Source: Clostridia bacterium
GTDB taxonomy: Bacteria; Bacillota; Clostridia; Oscillospirales; CAG-272
Length of the DNA: 64,000 bases
Reading direction: 5' to 3'
Assembly: GCA_017536475.1 (NCBI GenBank)
Contig: JAFXHH010000021.1
Coordinates: 68,431 to 132,430, forward strand
Positions 53,118-62,717 of the stretch are shown here, in pieces (positions within the stretch are counted from its first letter, which is position 1; each line of letters begins with the position of its first letter). The position numbers and the translations under genes are program-made. Under the pieces are notes generated by a model that searched no databases, was not told the DNA's origin, and worked only from the letters and a program-made list of their open reading frames with translations.

Positions 53118-54467
53118 TTAATTCGCCTCGGGAAGAATATTATCAATATCTATTTCTTCTCCAGGCGCGGCAAGACGGGGAGCCTTTATAATAAGCCTCG
53201 GCTCTGCCTTGTCAACTACGCATTCGCGAGTGATGATAACCTCCGCAACGTCGTCGCGAGAGGGAATTTCAAACATGATCTTGGTCATAACGCCCTCAAT
53301 GATGGAGCGAAGTCCACGCGCACCTATCTTTCTTTCGGTCGCAAGCTCGGCAATGCTGAGCAACGCGTCGTTTTCAAAGGAAAGCTTGACTCCGTCGATC
53401 TCAAAGAGCTTCTGATACTGCTTTATGATCGCGTTCTTCGGCTCGGTGAGGATGCGGATGAGCGCATCGTTGTCAAGCTCGGAGAGCGAAACTATAACGG
53501 GCAGACGTCCGACAAGCTCGGGAATAATACCGAATTTGACGATGTCGTGCGCCGTAACGTCACCGAAAATGCCCTTATTTGCACCCTCGACCTTCTTTTC
53601 AGCCTCACCCGAGAAGCCGATAAGTCTCTTGCCCTTTCGAGCTTCGATGACCTTGTCGAGTCCGTCAAAAGCGCCGCCGCAAATGAATAGAATGTTCTCG
53701 GTGTTGATGCGGATGAACTCCTGATTGGGATGCTTACGTCCGCCCTGCGGAGGAACGTTAGCGACCGTGCCCTCAAGGATCTTCAGAAGCGCCTGCTGAA
53801 CGCCCTCACCCGAAACGTCGCGGGTGATAGAACGGTTTTCGCTCTTTCGCGAGATCTTGTCGACCTCGTCGATATAAATAATACCGTGCTCCGCGCGCTC
53901 AACGTCAAAATCCGCCGCCTGAATAAGACGAAGCAGAATATTCTCAACATCCTCGCCGACGTAGCCCGCCTCGGTAAGAGTGGTCGCGTCCGCGATAGCA
54001 AAGGGAACCTTGAGAGTTTTGGCCAGAGTCTGCGCGAGATAGGTCTTTCCAACGCCCGTAGGACCAATCAGAAGTACGTTACTCTTCTGAATATCCACTC
54101 CGTCGTCATCCTCGGCGGCTCTTTTTGCGCGTCTGCCTCGGTTTGCATTTTCCTTGGAGAGAATTCTCTTGTAGTGATTGTAGACCGCAACGGAGAGCGC
54201 GACCTTAGCCTCGTCCTGACCGATAACGTGCTCGTCAAGAGACGCCTTGATATCCATAGGCTTTGGCAGAGTGGAGAGGGAAAGCTCCTCACCCTCGCTT
54301 GCGATCTCGGTGTTCTCAAATATCAGATCGGAGCAAGCCTCAACGCAGAAATCGCAGATATAAACGCCCGAAGGGGAAGGGATAAGAAAGTTGACCTGAT
54401 TTTCGTTACGTCCGCAAAAGGAGCAGTAACGAATATTGTTCTGCGGGGTTTTGGTGTTTGATGACAT
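53118..54467 (-). CDS. clpX: ATP-dependent Clp protease ATP-binding subunit ClpX
   Basis: N-terminal zinc finger CSFCGR...CDFC, Walker A GPTGVGKT, Walker [10 protein letters not shown]. Confidence 0.96.
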   Translation of the reverse strand: MSSNTKTPQNNIRYCSFCGRNENQVNFLIPSPSGVYICDFCVEACSDLIFENTEIASEGEELSLSTLPKPMDIKASLDEHVIGQDEAKVALSVAVYNHYKRILSKENANRGRRAKRAAEDDDGVDIQKSNVLLIGPTGVGKTYLAQTLAKTLKVPFAIADATTLTEAGYVGEDVENILLRLIQAADFDVERAEHGIIYIDEVDKISRKSENRSITRDVSGEGVQQALLKILEGTVANVPPQGGRKHPNQEFIRINTENILFICGGAFDGLDKVIEARKGKRLIGFSGEAEKKVEGANKGIFGDVTAHDIVKFGIIPELVGRLPVIVSLSELDNDALIRILTEPKNAIIKQYQKLFEIDGVKLSFENDALLSIAELATERKIGARGLRSIIEGVMTKIMFEIPSRDDVAEVIITRECVVDKAEPRLIIKAPRLAAPGEEIDIDNILPEAN

Positions 54468-54488
54468 CTTAAATTAACCTTTCAAGGA

Positions 54489-55094
54489 TTATTCGTGCTT
54501 GGTGATGATTCTGTCGATAAGACCGTATTCAAGAGCCTGCTCGGCGGTCATGAAGTTGTCTCTGTCAGTGTCCTTTTCGATCTGCTCGATAGGCTTGCCC
54601 GTATTCTCGGACAGGATCTTGTTGAGCATATCTCTGGTGCGGAGAATGAGCTCGGCGCGGATCTTGATATCACTTGCCTGACCCTGCGCGCCGCCAAGAG
54701 GCTGGTGGATCATTATCTCACTGTGAGGAAGAGCAATTCTCTTGCCCTTTGTACCTGCGGAGAGCAGGAACGCGCCCATGCTTGCCGCCATACCGATGCA
54801 GATGGTGGACACGTCGCACTTGATATACTGCATCGTGTCGTATATAGCCATACCCGCAGTGACAGAGCCGCCGGGGCTGTTGATGTAGAAGGAAATATCC
54901 TTGGTAGGATCCTGCGCCTCAAGGAAGAGCATCTGCGCGACCACGAGAGAAGCGGTAGCGTCGTTGACCTCGTCAGAGAGGAAGATAATGCGGTCGTTGA
55001 GCAGACGCGAGAAAATGTCGTAGGAGCGCTCACCGCGTCCCGTCTGTTCGACTACCATAGGTACGAGTGCGTTGCGAATAATGGAGTTGTCCAT
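54489..55094 (-). CDS. clpP: ATP-dependent Clp protease proteolytic subunit ClpP
   Basis: [11 protein letters not shown], catalytic Ser in GMAASMGAF and catalytic His in MIHQPLGG. Confidence 0.96.
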   Translation of the reverse strand: MDNSIIRNALVPMVVEQTGRGERSYDIFSRLLNDRIIFLSDEVNDATASLVVAQMLFLEAQDPTKDISFYINSPGGSVTAGMAIYDTMQYIKCDVSTICIGMAASMGAFLLSAGTKGKRIALPHSEIMIHQPLGGAQGQASDIKIRAELILRTRDMLNKILSENTGKPIEQIEKDTDRDNFMTAEQALEYGLIDRIITKHE

Positions 55095-55136
55095 ATTTAT
55101 TACCTCGTTTCGAAATATTATGTATTGAAGGAGTAT

Positions 55137-55267
55137 GTGAGGGGATGCGTGCCTTCGGCGAGTCGCTTTTTGGAAAAAAGCTCCGCAAAAACTTTCAGGA
55201 ATTTTTAGGTCCTTTTAGGGTGTCGGAGGATTTTTCACTTCGCTACGCTCGTTAAAAAGTCCCTCAC
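55137..55267 (-). repeat. 131-nt intergenic element bounded by inverted termini, containing a degenerate copy of the GAAAGTTTTTG-box hairpin
   Basis: GTGAGGGGA (55137-55145) and TCCCTCAC (55260-55267) are the inverted ends. Inside are CCGCAAAAACTTTC (55183-55196) and the hairpin GCTTTTT/AAAAAGC (55165-55181). Confidence 0.5.
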
Positions 55268-55396
55268 TGTCGTTTTTATATTGATAAGGTATTGAACCTA
55301 TGACTTTTTATCTAAATTTAATTCAAAGTTTCTTTAAAATAAGTTGAATTGTATCGGCTGGGTTCTAAAATGTTGCAACACGAAAACGAATAGCAG

Positions 55397-55424
55397 GCTG
55401 AAATTTGACTTGTCAAATTTCAGC
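55397..55424. other. 13-bp perfect palindrome in the tig-clpP spacer
   Basis: GCTGAAATTTGAC, spacer TT, GTCAAATTTCAGC. Confidence 0.85.
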
Positions 55425-55469
55425 GTCACCTCACGGCGGTTAGAACCACTTTTTCGGGAAGTTTCTTTG

Positions 55470-55495
55470 CCTACTTTCTTTTCAAAGAAAGTAGG
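55470..55495. other. 12-bp perfect hairpin in the tig-clpP spacer
   Basis: CCTACTTTCTTT, loop TC, AAAGAAAGTAGG. Confidence 0.8.
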
Positions 55496-55529
55496 GCGCA
55501 TCTTCCACATCTTCGCAGAAAAGTCAAGT

Positions 55530-55564
55530 TTGCGCCGTGTAACGTAATATTGTCCACGGCGCAA
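55530..55564 (-). terminator. Putative tig terminator
   Basis: On the minus strand: TTGCGCCGTG, a 15-nt loop, CACGGCGCAA, then ACTTGACTTTTC. The T-tract is weak. Confidence 0.5.
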
Positions 55565-55578
55565 CCCTTTAAGTAAAA

Positions 55579-56952
55579 TTATTCTTCTGTCTTAGCTTCT
55601 TCGGTTGCCTCGGGTGCAGCTTCTTCAGCTACGGGCTCTGCAACCTTCTTCTTGCGGGGCTTGGAAGCCTTCTTGGGAGCCTTAACGTTGTCCTTGACTA
55701 CCTGCATAGCCTTTCTTACGCTGACGTCAGCCTTTACCATAGCCTCATCGACCATGGACTTAACCTGCTCCTTGTCGATGTTGTAGGTGGTAGCGATGAG
55801 CTCGTATTCAGCTGTGAGCTCCTCCTCGGTGACCTCAATAGCCTCTGCCTTTGCAATAGTCTCAAGAGCAAGACGAGCCTTGACCTGCTTTTCAGCCTGG
55901 GGTCTCATCTGCTCACGGAGCTTGTCAAGATCAAGACCGGTATACTGGAAGTAGGTCTTGAGATCAAGTCCACTCTGGCGCAGACGGTTGTCGTAGTCGC
56001 GAACGAAATTCTCGGTCTCGGCGACGAACATAGCCTCGGGAATATCAGCCTCAAGCTTTTCGATAAGAGCGTCGATGAGCTTTTCCTCAAACTCAGCGTT
56101 TGCAGCGTTCTCGTGTCTCTTCTCGATTTTTGCCTTAAGATCAGCCTTATATTCATCAAGAGTGTCGAATTCGGAAACGTCCTTCGCGAAATCGTCGTCA
56201 AGCTCGGGAAGCTCGATCTTGGTGATAGCGTTTACCTTGCACTTGAAGCAAGCCTCCTTGCCTGCAAGCTCTTCAGCGTGATAGTCTGCGGGGAAGGGTA
56301 CGTTAACGTCGAACTCGTCGCCGATCTTGTGACCTGCAACCTGCTCCTCGAATCCGGGGATGAAGGAGCCCGAGCCAAGCTTAAGGGAGTAGTTCTCACC
56401 CTTGCCGCCCTCGAAAGCAACACCGTCGATGAAGCCCTCGAAATCGATCTTTGCGATATCGCCCATAGCTGCGGGAGTTTCGTCCTCAACCTCTATCTCA
56501 CGGGACTGTCTTTCACGAATGGTCTTGATCTCGTTTTCGATCTCCTCGTCGGAAACGGGCTCAACGACCTTTGCGATGTCAAGACCCTTGTAGCCCTCGA
56601 GCTTGCACTCAGGCTTTACGGGAACGATAGCCGAGAGAACGAGACCGTTCTCGTCGATAGAAACGATGTCGATCTCGGGCTGACCAACGGGATCGATGCC
56701 TGCTTCCTTAACGGCAGCAGTGTAGTTTTCGGGAATAAGGTCGTTGATAGCGTCCTCATAGAATACACCCGAGCCGTACATCTTCTCGATGATAGCGCGG
56801 GGAGCCTTGCCTGCTCTGAATCCGGGCACGTTGATCTTCTTTACCTGTCTGCGATAGACCTTGTCAACAGCCGCGTCAAATACTGCTTTGTCGATGGAGA
56901 ACTCGATTTTGATCGTGCTCTTCTCGCCCTGTTCTTGTTTCAACAAATTCAT
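55579..56952 (-). CDS. tig: Trigger factor
   Basis: N-terminal ribosome-binding motif PGFRAGKAP, a central FKBP-like PPIase region, and an acidic C-terminal tail. Lies upstream of clpP-clpX. Confidence 0.95.
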   Translation of the reverse strand: MNLLKQEQGEKSTIKIEFSIDKAVFDAAVDKVYRRQVKKINVPGFRAGKAPRAIIEKMYGSGVFYEDAINDLIPENYTAAVKEAGIDPVGQPEIDIVSIDENGLVLSAIVPVKPECKLEGYKGLDIAKVVEPVSDEEIENEIKTIRERQSREIEVEDETPAAMGDIAKIDFEGFIDGVAFEGGKGENYSLKLGSGSFIPGFEEQVAGHKIGDEFDVNVPFPADYHAEELAGKEACFKCKVNAITKIELPELDDDFAKDVSEFDTLDEYKADLKAKIEKRHENAANAEFEEKLIDALIEKLEADIPEAMFVAETENFVRDYDNRLRQSGLDLKTYFQYTGLDLDKLREQMRPQAEKQVKARLALETIAKAEAIEVTEEELTAEYELIATTYNIDKEQVKSMVDEAMVKADVSVRKAMQVVKDNVKAPKKASKPRKKKVAEPVAEEAAPEATEEAKTEE

Positions 56953-57057
56953 TGTTTAAAACCTCCGAATACTTTTATCTAAATATTTTTTTACATAAAA
57001 TAATTCCCTGAAAATTGCCAAAATTATGCAAAAAGGGATTTTTACGCATACAAATAT

Positions 57058-57086
57058 ATTTTATCTTTTTTTTGCCGATTTGTCAA
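57058..57086 (-). promoter_or_regulatory. Putative tig promoter
   Basis: On the minus strand: TTGACA (57086-57081), a 17-nt spacer, then TAAAAT (57063-57058). Confidence 0.4.
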
Positions 57087-57153
57087 GACTTTTTTGCATT
57101 TTTAGACCCAAATTTATCAAAAAATCAACCGCTTTTCATAAATAACCGACTTT

Positions 57154-57891
57154 TTATATTTTAAGCGGATAAAAATTCAGAAAATCCGATGACGTAAGCG
57201 TAAATTTGATACCGTCGTGCTCAAAGCGACCTGGCACGGAATATGCCCCGTGTATGTGCCCGAAATAGCACTCGTGCACGCCTTTTTCCTTGAGCGCGGC
57301 GACGAATTCCTCCATTACGCAGTCACACCAAACGGGAGGGAAGTGCAAAAATACCGATATCGGCAGCTCCTCACCCGATGTTGCAAGGTGCTCATCGCGA
57401 ATCTTTACCGCCGCGTCAAGACTAAGGTTAAGCCTTGTCAGCTCACGGTTGACTATCTTGGCGTGGTCGACCTCGCCGACCGTCACCTGCCGCGTCTCGT
57501 CGGGAAACCAACCGCGAGTGCCGCAAATTATCCTATCCTCAACAATATATGCGTTATTGTAGAGAATAGACAGCGAGGTAAAGCCTTTTTCATCAAAAAA
57601 AGCATTCATTTTCGCCGCAGTTGACCACCAAAAATCGTGGTTGCCCTTGCCGATAAGCTTTTTGCCGTTAAGCGAGTCGAGAAAGCGCAGATCGGATTCT
57701 GCCTCGGGAAGCCTCGTCGCCCAGGAAATGTCGCCCGGGACTATAACCGTGTCGTCGGCACCGACCACGGCATTCCAATTTTTTTCAATTTTGGGAATAT
57801 AGCCTTGCCACCTCGCGCCGAAGACCTCCATAGATTTGTTGGTCAGCGAGTCGGTTGACAAATGCAGGTCGGATAAAACGAAAATAGACAT
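57154..57891 (-). CDS. Metallophosphoesterase (calcineurin-like, COG1768-type)
   Basis: LSDLHLS, VPGDISWA, GKGNHDFWW and GHIHG are metal-ligand blocks. Confidence 0.85.
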   Translation of the reverse strand: MSIFVLSDLHLSTDSLTNKSMEVFGARWQGYIPKIEKNWNAVVGADDTVIVPGDISWATRLPEAESDLRFLDSLNGKKLIGKGNHDFWWSTAAKMNAFFDEKGFTSLSILYNNAYIVEDRIICGTRGWFPDETRQVTVGEVDHAKIVNRELTRLNLSLDAAVKIRDEHLATSGEELPISVFLHFPPVWCDCVMEEFVAALKEKGVHECYFGHIHGAYSVPGRFEHDGIKFTLTSSDFLNFYPLKI

Positions 57892-58027
57892 CTGTTACCT
57901 CAAAAAGCTTGAATAATTTGCTCCGACGGTGGCATAATAATACCGTCGGTATGAAAAATACCGAGATTCAACCCTCGGTCGCGTTTGCGAGCGAAGGGAA
58001 GCTTGTAAAAAAAGAAAGGATCAAATC

Positions 58028-58228
58028 ATGATGAACGAATCCTCTAAGTGCGAAAAGCACATCAAGGGCATTAACTGCTCTGTAAAGAATTGCGTATATC
58101 ACGACGGCGAGTGCTATTGCACCGCTGAAAACATTCACGTAGGCCCCCACCACGCAGAGAAGAGCGCAGACACTGTTTGCGCTACCTTCAAGCCTGAGTG
58201 CGCAAACGGTGGCTGTAGTATAAAGTGA
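58028..58228 (+). CDS. DUF1540 domain protein (Cys-rich)
   Basis: The blocks CSVKNCVYHDGECYCTAENIHVG and CATF are typical of DUF1540. Confidence 0.7.
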   Translation: MMNESSKCEKHIKGINCSVKNCVYHDGECYCTAENIHVGPHHAEKSADTVCATFKPECANGGCSIK

Positions 58229-58247
58229 ACTAACGGATAGATCCGTG

Positions 58248-58271
58248 GGGCGAGCTTGCTCGCCCTTTTTT
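58248..58271 (+). terminator. Rho-independent terminator
   Basis: GGGCGAG, loop CTTG, CTCGCCC, followed by TTTTTT. Confidence 0.85.
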
Positions 58272-58273
58272 AC

Positions 58274-59758
58274 TTATTTAACAACGTATTTTTTGACCGC
58301 ATCAAGCATATCGCAGGCATCGATCACCTCGGTAAATCTTACCTCGCGCTCTGCAAGACCGCGCAAGGGATAGGTGATCTCGGTATTTGAGTAATCCGAG
58401 AGCATATCGAGCGCGTCCATATCGTCCTCGGGCTTTTTCATGCCGAGAGATTTGCAAACGTCCGCTGCGAATTTGTAAGGACTTGCCGTCGAAGCAACCA
58501 CCATAGGAGTGTTGTCGTTGCTTTCGGCAATATATTTTTCAGCCGCACAGAGCGCGACCGCCGTGTGAGTGTCGGCAAGATAACCGTTCTCGTCGTAGTA
58601 TTTTTTGATGGTAGCTGAGGTTTCGGACTCATCTGTAAAGTAGCCGCAGAAGCTCTCGTCGATCTTCGCCTTCACGTCGCCGCTGATCTCGTAAACGCCC
58701 GTAGCTGCAAGTGAATCCATATATTCTGCGGTCTTTTCCTTGCCTGCGGTGAAGCAGAGAAGACGCTCGAGATTGGAGGAGATAAGAATATCCATCGAGG
58801 GCGACATAGTGCAATGGAAATCGCGGTTGCGGTCGTATCTGCCCGTGCGGAGAAAATCGGTGAGTATGTTGTTTTGATTGGACGCGCAAACGAGCTTGCC
58901 AAGCGGCAGACCCATAAGCTTTGCGAGATAAGCGGCAAAGATGTTGCCGAAGTTACCCGTGGGAACGCATACGTTTATCTTGTCACCGAGCTTGATATCG
59001 CCTTTTGCGAGAAGGTCGCAGTATGCCGAAACGTAGTAAACGATCTGAGGCGCAAGACGTCCCCAGTTTATAGAGTTAGCGCTTGAGAAGAAGTGACCGT
59101 TTCCGTCAAGATAGCTTACGGCATCTGCGTCGGAGAATATCTTTTTAACTCCACTCTGCGCGTCGTCAAAGTTGCCGCGGATCGCGGTGACGTTCACGTT
59201 CGAGCCGGTCTGGGTAGCCATCTGCATCTTCTGTACGCGGCTGACGCCGTCAACGGGATAGAAGACCATCATTCGAATACCGTCGATGTCCTTATATCCC
59301 TCGAGCGCCGCTTTGCCCGTGTCGCCCGAGGTCGCAACGAGAATGAGAGCAGTACGTGTCTCACCCGTCTTGACAAGTGCGCGAGAAAGAAGGCGGGGCA
59401 TGATCTGAAGCGCCATATCCTTGAATGCCGCCGTAGGTCCGTGCCACAGCTCAAGCGAATATACGCCGTCCTTGGCTTTGACTACGGGAGCCGCGCCGCC
59501 GGGGAAGGAGCTTTCACAGTAAGCTGCCTTGCAATCGGCAAGAAGCTCGTCGTAGGTGTAATCGGTGAGAAATTTCGAGAGGATCTTTGCGGCTCTTTCG
59601 GGGTAGCTGTCAGAGCAGAGCGCAGTTATCTCGTCGAGAGTGAGAGTGGGGATAGACTCGGGGATGAAAAGTCCGCCGTCGAGCGCGAGTCCTTGCTTGA
59701 TGATCTGTGCGGAGGAGAGGCTTTCGCCCGATCTGCCGCGTGTGCTTTGGTAGTTCAT
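58274..59758 (-). CDS. thrC: Threonine synthase (long form)
   Basis: PLP-lysine block GPTAAFKDMALQ and SGDTGKAAL. 494 aa. Confidence 0.92.
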   Translation of the reverse strand: MNYQSTRGRSGESLSSAQIIKQGLALDGGLFIPESIPTLTLDEITALCSDSYPERAAKILSKFLTDYTYDELLADCKAAYCESSFPGGAAPVVKAKDGVYSLELWHGPTAAFKDMALQIMPRLLSRALVKTGETRTALILVATSGDTGKAALEGYKDIDGIRMMVFYPVDGVSRVQKMQMATQTGSNVNVTAIRGNFDDAQSGVKKIFSDADAVSYLDGNGHFFSSANSINWGRLAPQIVYYVSAYCDLLAKGDIKLGDKINVCVPTGNFGNIFAAYLAKLMGLPLGKLVCASNQNNILTDFLRTGRYDRNRDFHCTMSPSMDILISSNLERLLCFTAGKEKTAEYMDSLAATGVYEISGDVKAKIDESFCGYFTDESETSATIKKYYDENGYLADTHTAVALCAAEKYIAESNDNTPMVVASTASPYKFAADVCKSLGMKKPEDDMDALDMLSDYSNTEITYPLRGLAEREVRFTEVIDACDMLDAVKKYVVK

Positions 59759-59785
59759 AGCTTTGCGTCCTTTATAGAAGTAGAA

Positions 59786-60778
59786 TTAAAAATTTCTTTT
59801 TATGAATTCAAAATTGTTTTTCCAGAATATTTTTTCGATCAGCTCGTCGGAATAACCGCGAGACGACATAGCCTCGGTTAGCTTTGCAATATCGCCCACG
59901 CCGCCAAATCCCTCGGGAAGATCGGTGCCGTCGAGGTCACAGCCAAGACCGAGTATATTTTCCGCGCCGCGCTCAAGATATCCGTCAATATGCCGCATAA
60001 CGTCGTCGATCGTGCATTTGTCGTATACTATCTCGTCCTTGTTGGAGTGATCGGCGTTAAGCGTGCCGCTGAGGATCATATTCTTGATGTGCCAAGGACA
60101 GAGATTGATACCCACCGTGCCGCCAAGCTCGATGATAGCGTTGATATGTCTGTCTCGCAGATTTCTCGTGTGAGGGAATATGCCGTAGCAATTCGAGTGC
60201 GAGGCGATGAACGGCTTTTTATATTCGTAAGCGAGCTCGCAGACCTCGTCGGTGACCTGCTCGTTTGAGTGTGACACGTCGGGAACGATGCCAAGCTCAA
60301 AGCAGCGCTTGACGACCGCTTTTCCAAAGTCGGTAAGACCGCCGAAGACGTCGTGCGAAGCGCCGATACAGGTCTCTCCGCCCCAGAGCAGAGTCAGATA
60401 CTTGACTCCGCGAGCGTTAAGCTCGTCAAGTCTCTCGATCTTACCACTGAGGATTCGAGCGTCCTCAACGGCAAGAAAAGCTGCGCGCTTGCCCTGACCC
60501 CAAGCCGAGATCATTTGGTCAAAGCTTCTGACAAAAGCGATCTTGTCGGTATTTTTTTCGATCTCGCAAAAGAGATTGTCGCTGATCTTGATAAAATCCT
60601 CAAAGCATTCGTCGTCTGTGCGTCTTCTGTTCGCCCAGACCGCGAAGAATTGAGTATAATTTTCATATTTTGCCGCACCGCCAAGGCTTACGTGACAAGA
60701 GTTTTTGTCAAGTCCCTCGCTTTTGTGGTAAAGCTCGAAGGCGGTGTCGCAATGTGTGTCGATTAAAGATAATTTCAT
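59786..60778 (-). CDS. Dipeptidase (peptidase family M19)
   Basis: LIDTHCDTAFEL, PDVSHSNEQ and ASHSNCYGIFPHTRNLRD blocks. ATG at 60778 avoids overlap with yraN; alternative starts are at 60808 and 60811. Confidence 0.8.
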   Translation of the reverse strand: MKLSLIDTHCDTAFELYHKSEGLDKNSCHVSLGGAAKYENYTQFFAVWANRRRTDDECFEDFIKISDNLFCEIEKNTDKIAFVRSFDQMISAWGQGKRAAFLAVEDARILSGKIERLDELNARGVKYLTLLWGGETCIGASHDVFGGLTDFGKAVVKRCFELGIVPDVSHSNEQVTDEVCELAYEYKKPFIASHSNCYGIFPHTRNLRDRHINAIIELGGTVGINLCPWHIKNMILSGTLNADHSNKDEIVYDKCTIDDVMRHIDGYLERGAENILGLGCDLDGTDLPEGFGGVGDIAKLTEAMSSRGYSDELIEKIFWKNNFEFIKRNF

Positions 60779-60782
60779 AGCC

Positions 60783-61199
60783 TTAATGTAGCTTTCTGCC
60801 TCTTGCATCAAAGGCGTTTCTTATGTGATTGATCTTAAGCACGGTAGGCGTCTTGAATTCGCTTTGAGATTCAAGCAGATAGACCTCGATAACGTCGATA
60901 CGCGGCTGCTTTGATACGTAGTTTTTCAAGAGATAATCCTTGACCGCCTTTACCGTGTTACCTCTCTTTTTATGGTCGACCGCGCGTCCGGGCGTGCCGT
61001 ATCCGTTTGATTCGGGATAAAGACAAGAGCGAGTTTTGACCTCAACGAATACGATAAAATCGTCGTCCTCGGCAACTATGTCAAGCTCGTTCTTCGAAAA
61101 GTGAAGATTTCGACCAACGACGGTGTAACCGTTCTTTTCGAGATAGTCAGCGGCGAGATCCTCACCAAGCTGACCGAGCACTTGCTTGTCGGTCTGCAT
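60783..61199 (-). CDS. yraN: YraN-family endonuclease-like protein (UPF0102)
   Basis: GEDLAADYLEKNGYTVVGRN...ELDIVAEDDDFIVFVEVKTR is the family signature. Confidence 0.88.
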   Translation of the reverse strand: MQTDKQVLGQLGEDLAADYLEKNGYTVVGRNLHFSKNELDIVAEDDDFIVFVEVKTRSCLYPESNGYGTPGRAVDHKKRGNTVKAVKDYLLKNYVSKQPRIDVIEVYLLESQSEFKTPTVLKINHIRNAFDARGRKLH

Positions 61200-61807
61200 T
61201 ATTTCTTCTCCTCGTCGAGAAATCTGATAAATTTCTTTCTGTGAATAGGGGAGGGACCGTACTTGCGAAGTGCGTCCATGTGCTCCTTTGTGCCGTAGCC
61301 CTTGTGCTTTGCGATCAGATATTCGGGGTATTCGCGGTCAAGCTCCTCGCATACGCGGTCTCTCGCTACCTTCGCGAGAATCGATGCCGCCGCGATGCTC
61401 ATACTCGTCGCGTCGCCCTTGACGACTGCCATCGCGGGGATCTGAAAGTCACGCGCAATATTGCCGTCAATGATTGCAAAATCCGCCTTGACGGAAAGGC
61501 CGTCGATAGCACGGCGCATAGCGAGCAGATCGGCTTCAAGTATGTTCAGCTCGTCGATCTCCTCAACGCTTGCGGAGGCAATACAGTAGGCAATCGCCTC
61601 ATTGCAGATAACATCAAATAACTTCTCGCGTTTTTTCGCAGTCAGCTTTTTGGAGTCGTTAAGTCCTTCGATCACAAGACCGTCAGGCAGAATGCAAGCC
61701 GCCGCGTATACGGGACCGCAAAGAGGACCGCGTCCCGCCTCGTCGATTCCGCAGACTACCGCATATCCCTTTTCGTGAAGGGAATTTTCTATTGAATAAT
61801 CAGGCAT
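61199..61807 (-). CDS. rnhB: Ribonuclease HII
   Basis: GIDEAGRGPLCGPV, DSKKLT and GYGT blocks. Confidence 0.94.
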   Translation of the reverse strand: MPDYSIENSLHEKGYAVVCGIDEAGRGPLCGPVYAAACILPDGLVIEGLNDSKKLTAKKREKLFDVICNEAIAYCIASASVEEIDELNILEADLLAMRRAIDGLSVKADFAIIDGNIARDFQIPAMAVVKGDATSMSIAAASILAKVARDRVCEELDREYPEYLIAKHKGYGTKEHMDALRKYGPSPIHRKKFIRFLDEEKK

Positions 61808-61822
61808 TTTGTCTACCTCTCG

Positions 61823-62689
61823 TTACTCTGTGATTCTGTCGAGCGTGATACGTCCGAGCTTTGCCGCGCGGAACTCGTCAAGCAGCATATCTGCGGTGCG
61901 CTCGGTGTTGATCTCGCCGCCCGAAATCAGAAATCCGCGCTTTTTACCGATGTAGCAGAGCAGCTCGTAGTCGGTCATATCCGCGAAACTCTCGGCCTCG
62001 CCAAGCTTGTAGCGCGTGGCGAGAAGCTGGGGATAGAGGATTCTCATGCGGTTGCAATATGCCATGGCGAGCTCCTCGATCTGAACGACGTCGTCCTTTA
62101 TCGCGCCTGTCAAGGCGAGATTTTCACCCACCGTTCTATCCTCGAATTTGGGCCAGAGAATACCCGGCATATCCATAATGTCAAGTCCGATGCCCGTGGA
62201 GAACCACTGCTTGTCTCTCGTTACACCCGGGCGGTTTTCAACCTTGGCCTTTTTGCTTCCCGAGAGCTTATTGATAAGGGTCGATTTGCCCACGTTGGGA
62301 ATGCCCAGCACCATAGCATAGATGCGGCGGTTCATACCCTTGCTTTCGTAGCGCTCGAGTTTGTCGTGAAGCAGCCCCTTGATAGCGGGGAGAATCTTGG
62401 ACAGACCCTCGCCCGAAAGACAGTCAACGAGAATACAAGAGGTGTTTGCTGTGCTGTAATACTCCTGCCAGAGCTTGTTCTGTGCAGGATCGGCAAGCGA
62501 TGACTTGTTGAGAATTATAAGTGAAGGCTTATTTTCGATAAGCCTTGTGATCTCGGGATTTCGGGAAGAGTGGGGAATGCGCGCATCGAGGATCTCAATA
62601 ACGACGTCGACGTTTTTGAGATTTTCCGATATCATTCTCCGTGTTTTCGCCATATGCCCGGGAAACCACTGTATCTGTTCAGATGGCAT
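61823..62689 (-). CDS. rbgA: Ribosome biogenesis GTPase A (YlqF/RbgA), circularly permuted GTPase
   Basis: IQWFPGHMAKTRR, then LNKSSLAD (G4) before GIPNVGKST (G1). Confidence 0.93.
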   Translation of the reverse strand: MPSEQIQWFPGHMAKTRRMISENLKNVDVVIEILDARIPHSSRNPEITRLIENKPSLIILNKSSLADPAQNKLWQEYYSTANTSCILVDCLSGEGLSKILPAIKGLLHDKLERYESKGMNRRIYAMVLGIPNVGKSTLINKLSGSKKAKVENRPGVTRDKQWFSTGIGLDIMDMPGILWPKFEDRTVGENLALTGAIKDDVVQIEELAMAYCNRMRILYPQLLATRYKLGEAESFADMTDYELLCYIGKKRGFLISGGEINTERTADMLLDEFRAAKLGRITLDRITE

Positions 62690-62717
62690 AAATAGTCACC
62701 TCAATTTCTAAAAATGA

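Noticed and set aside
55334-55564. 67-aa and 76-aa ORFs in the tig-clpP spacer
   Set aside because: They have no Shine-Dalgarno sequence, they overlap each other on opposite strands, and their sequences are dictated by the palindromes. The region is treated as non-coding.
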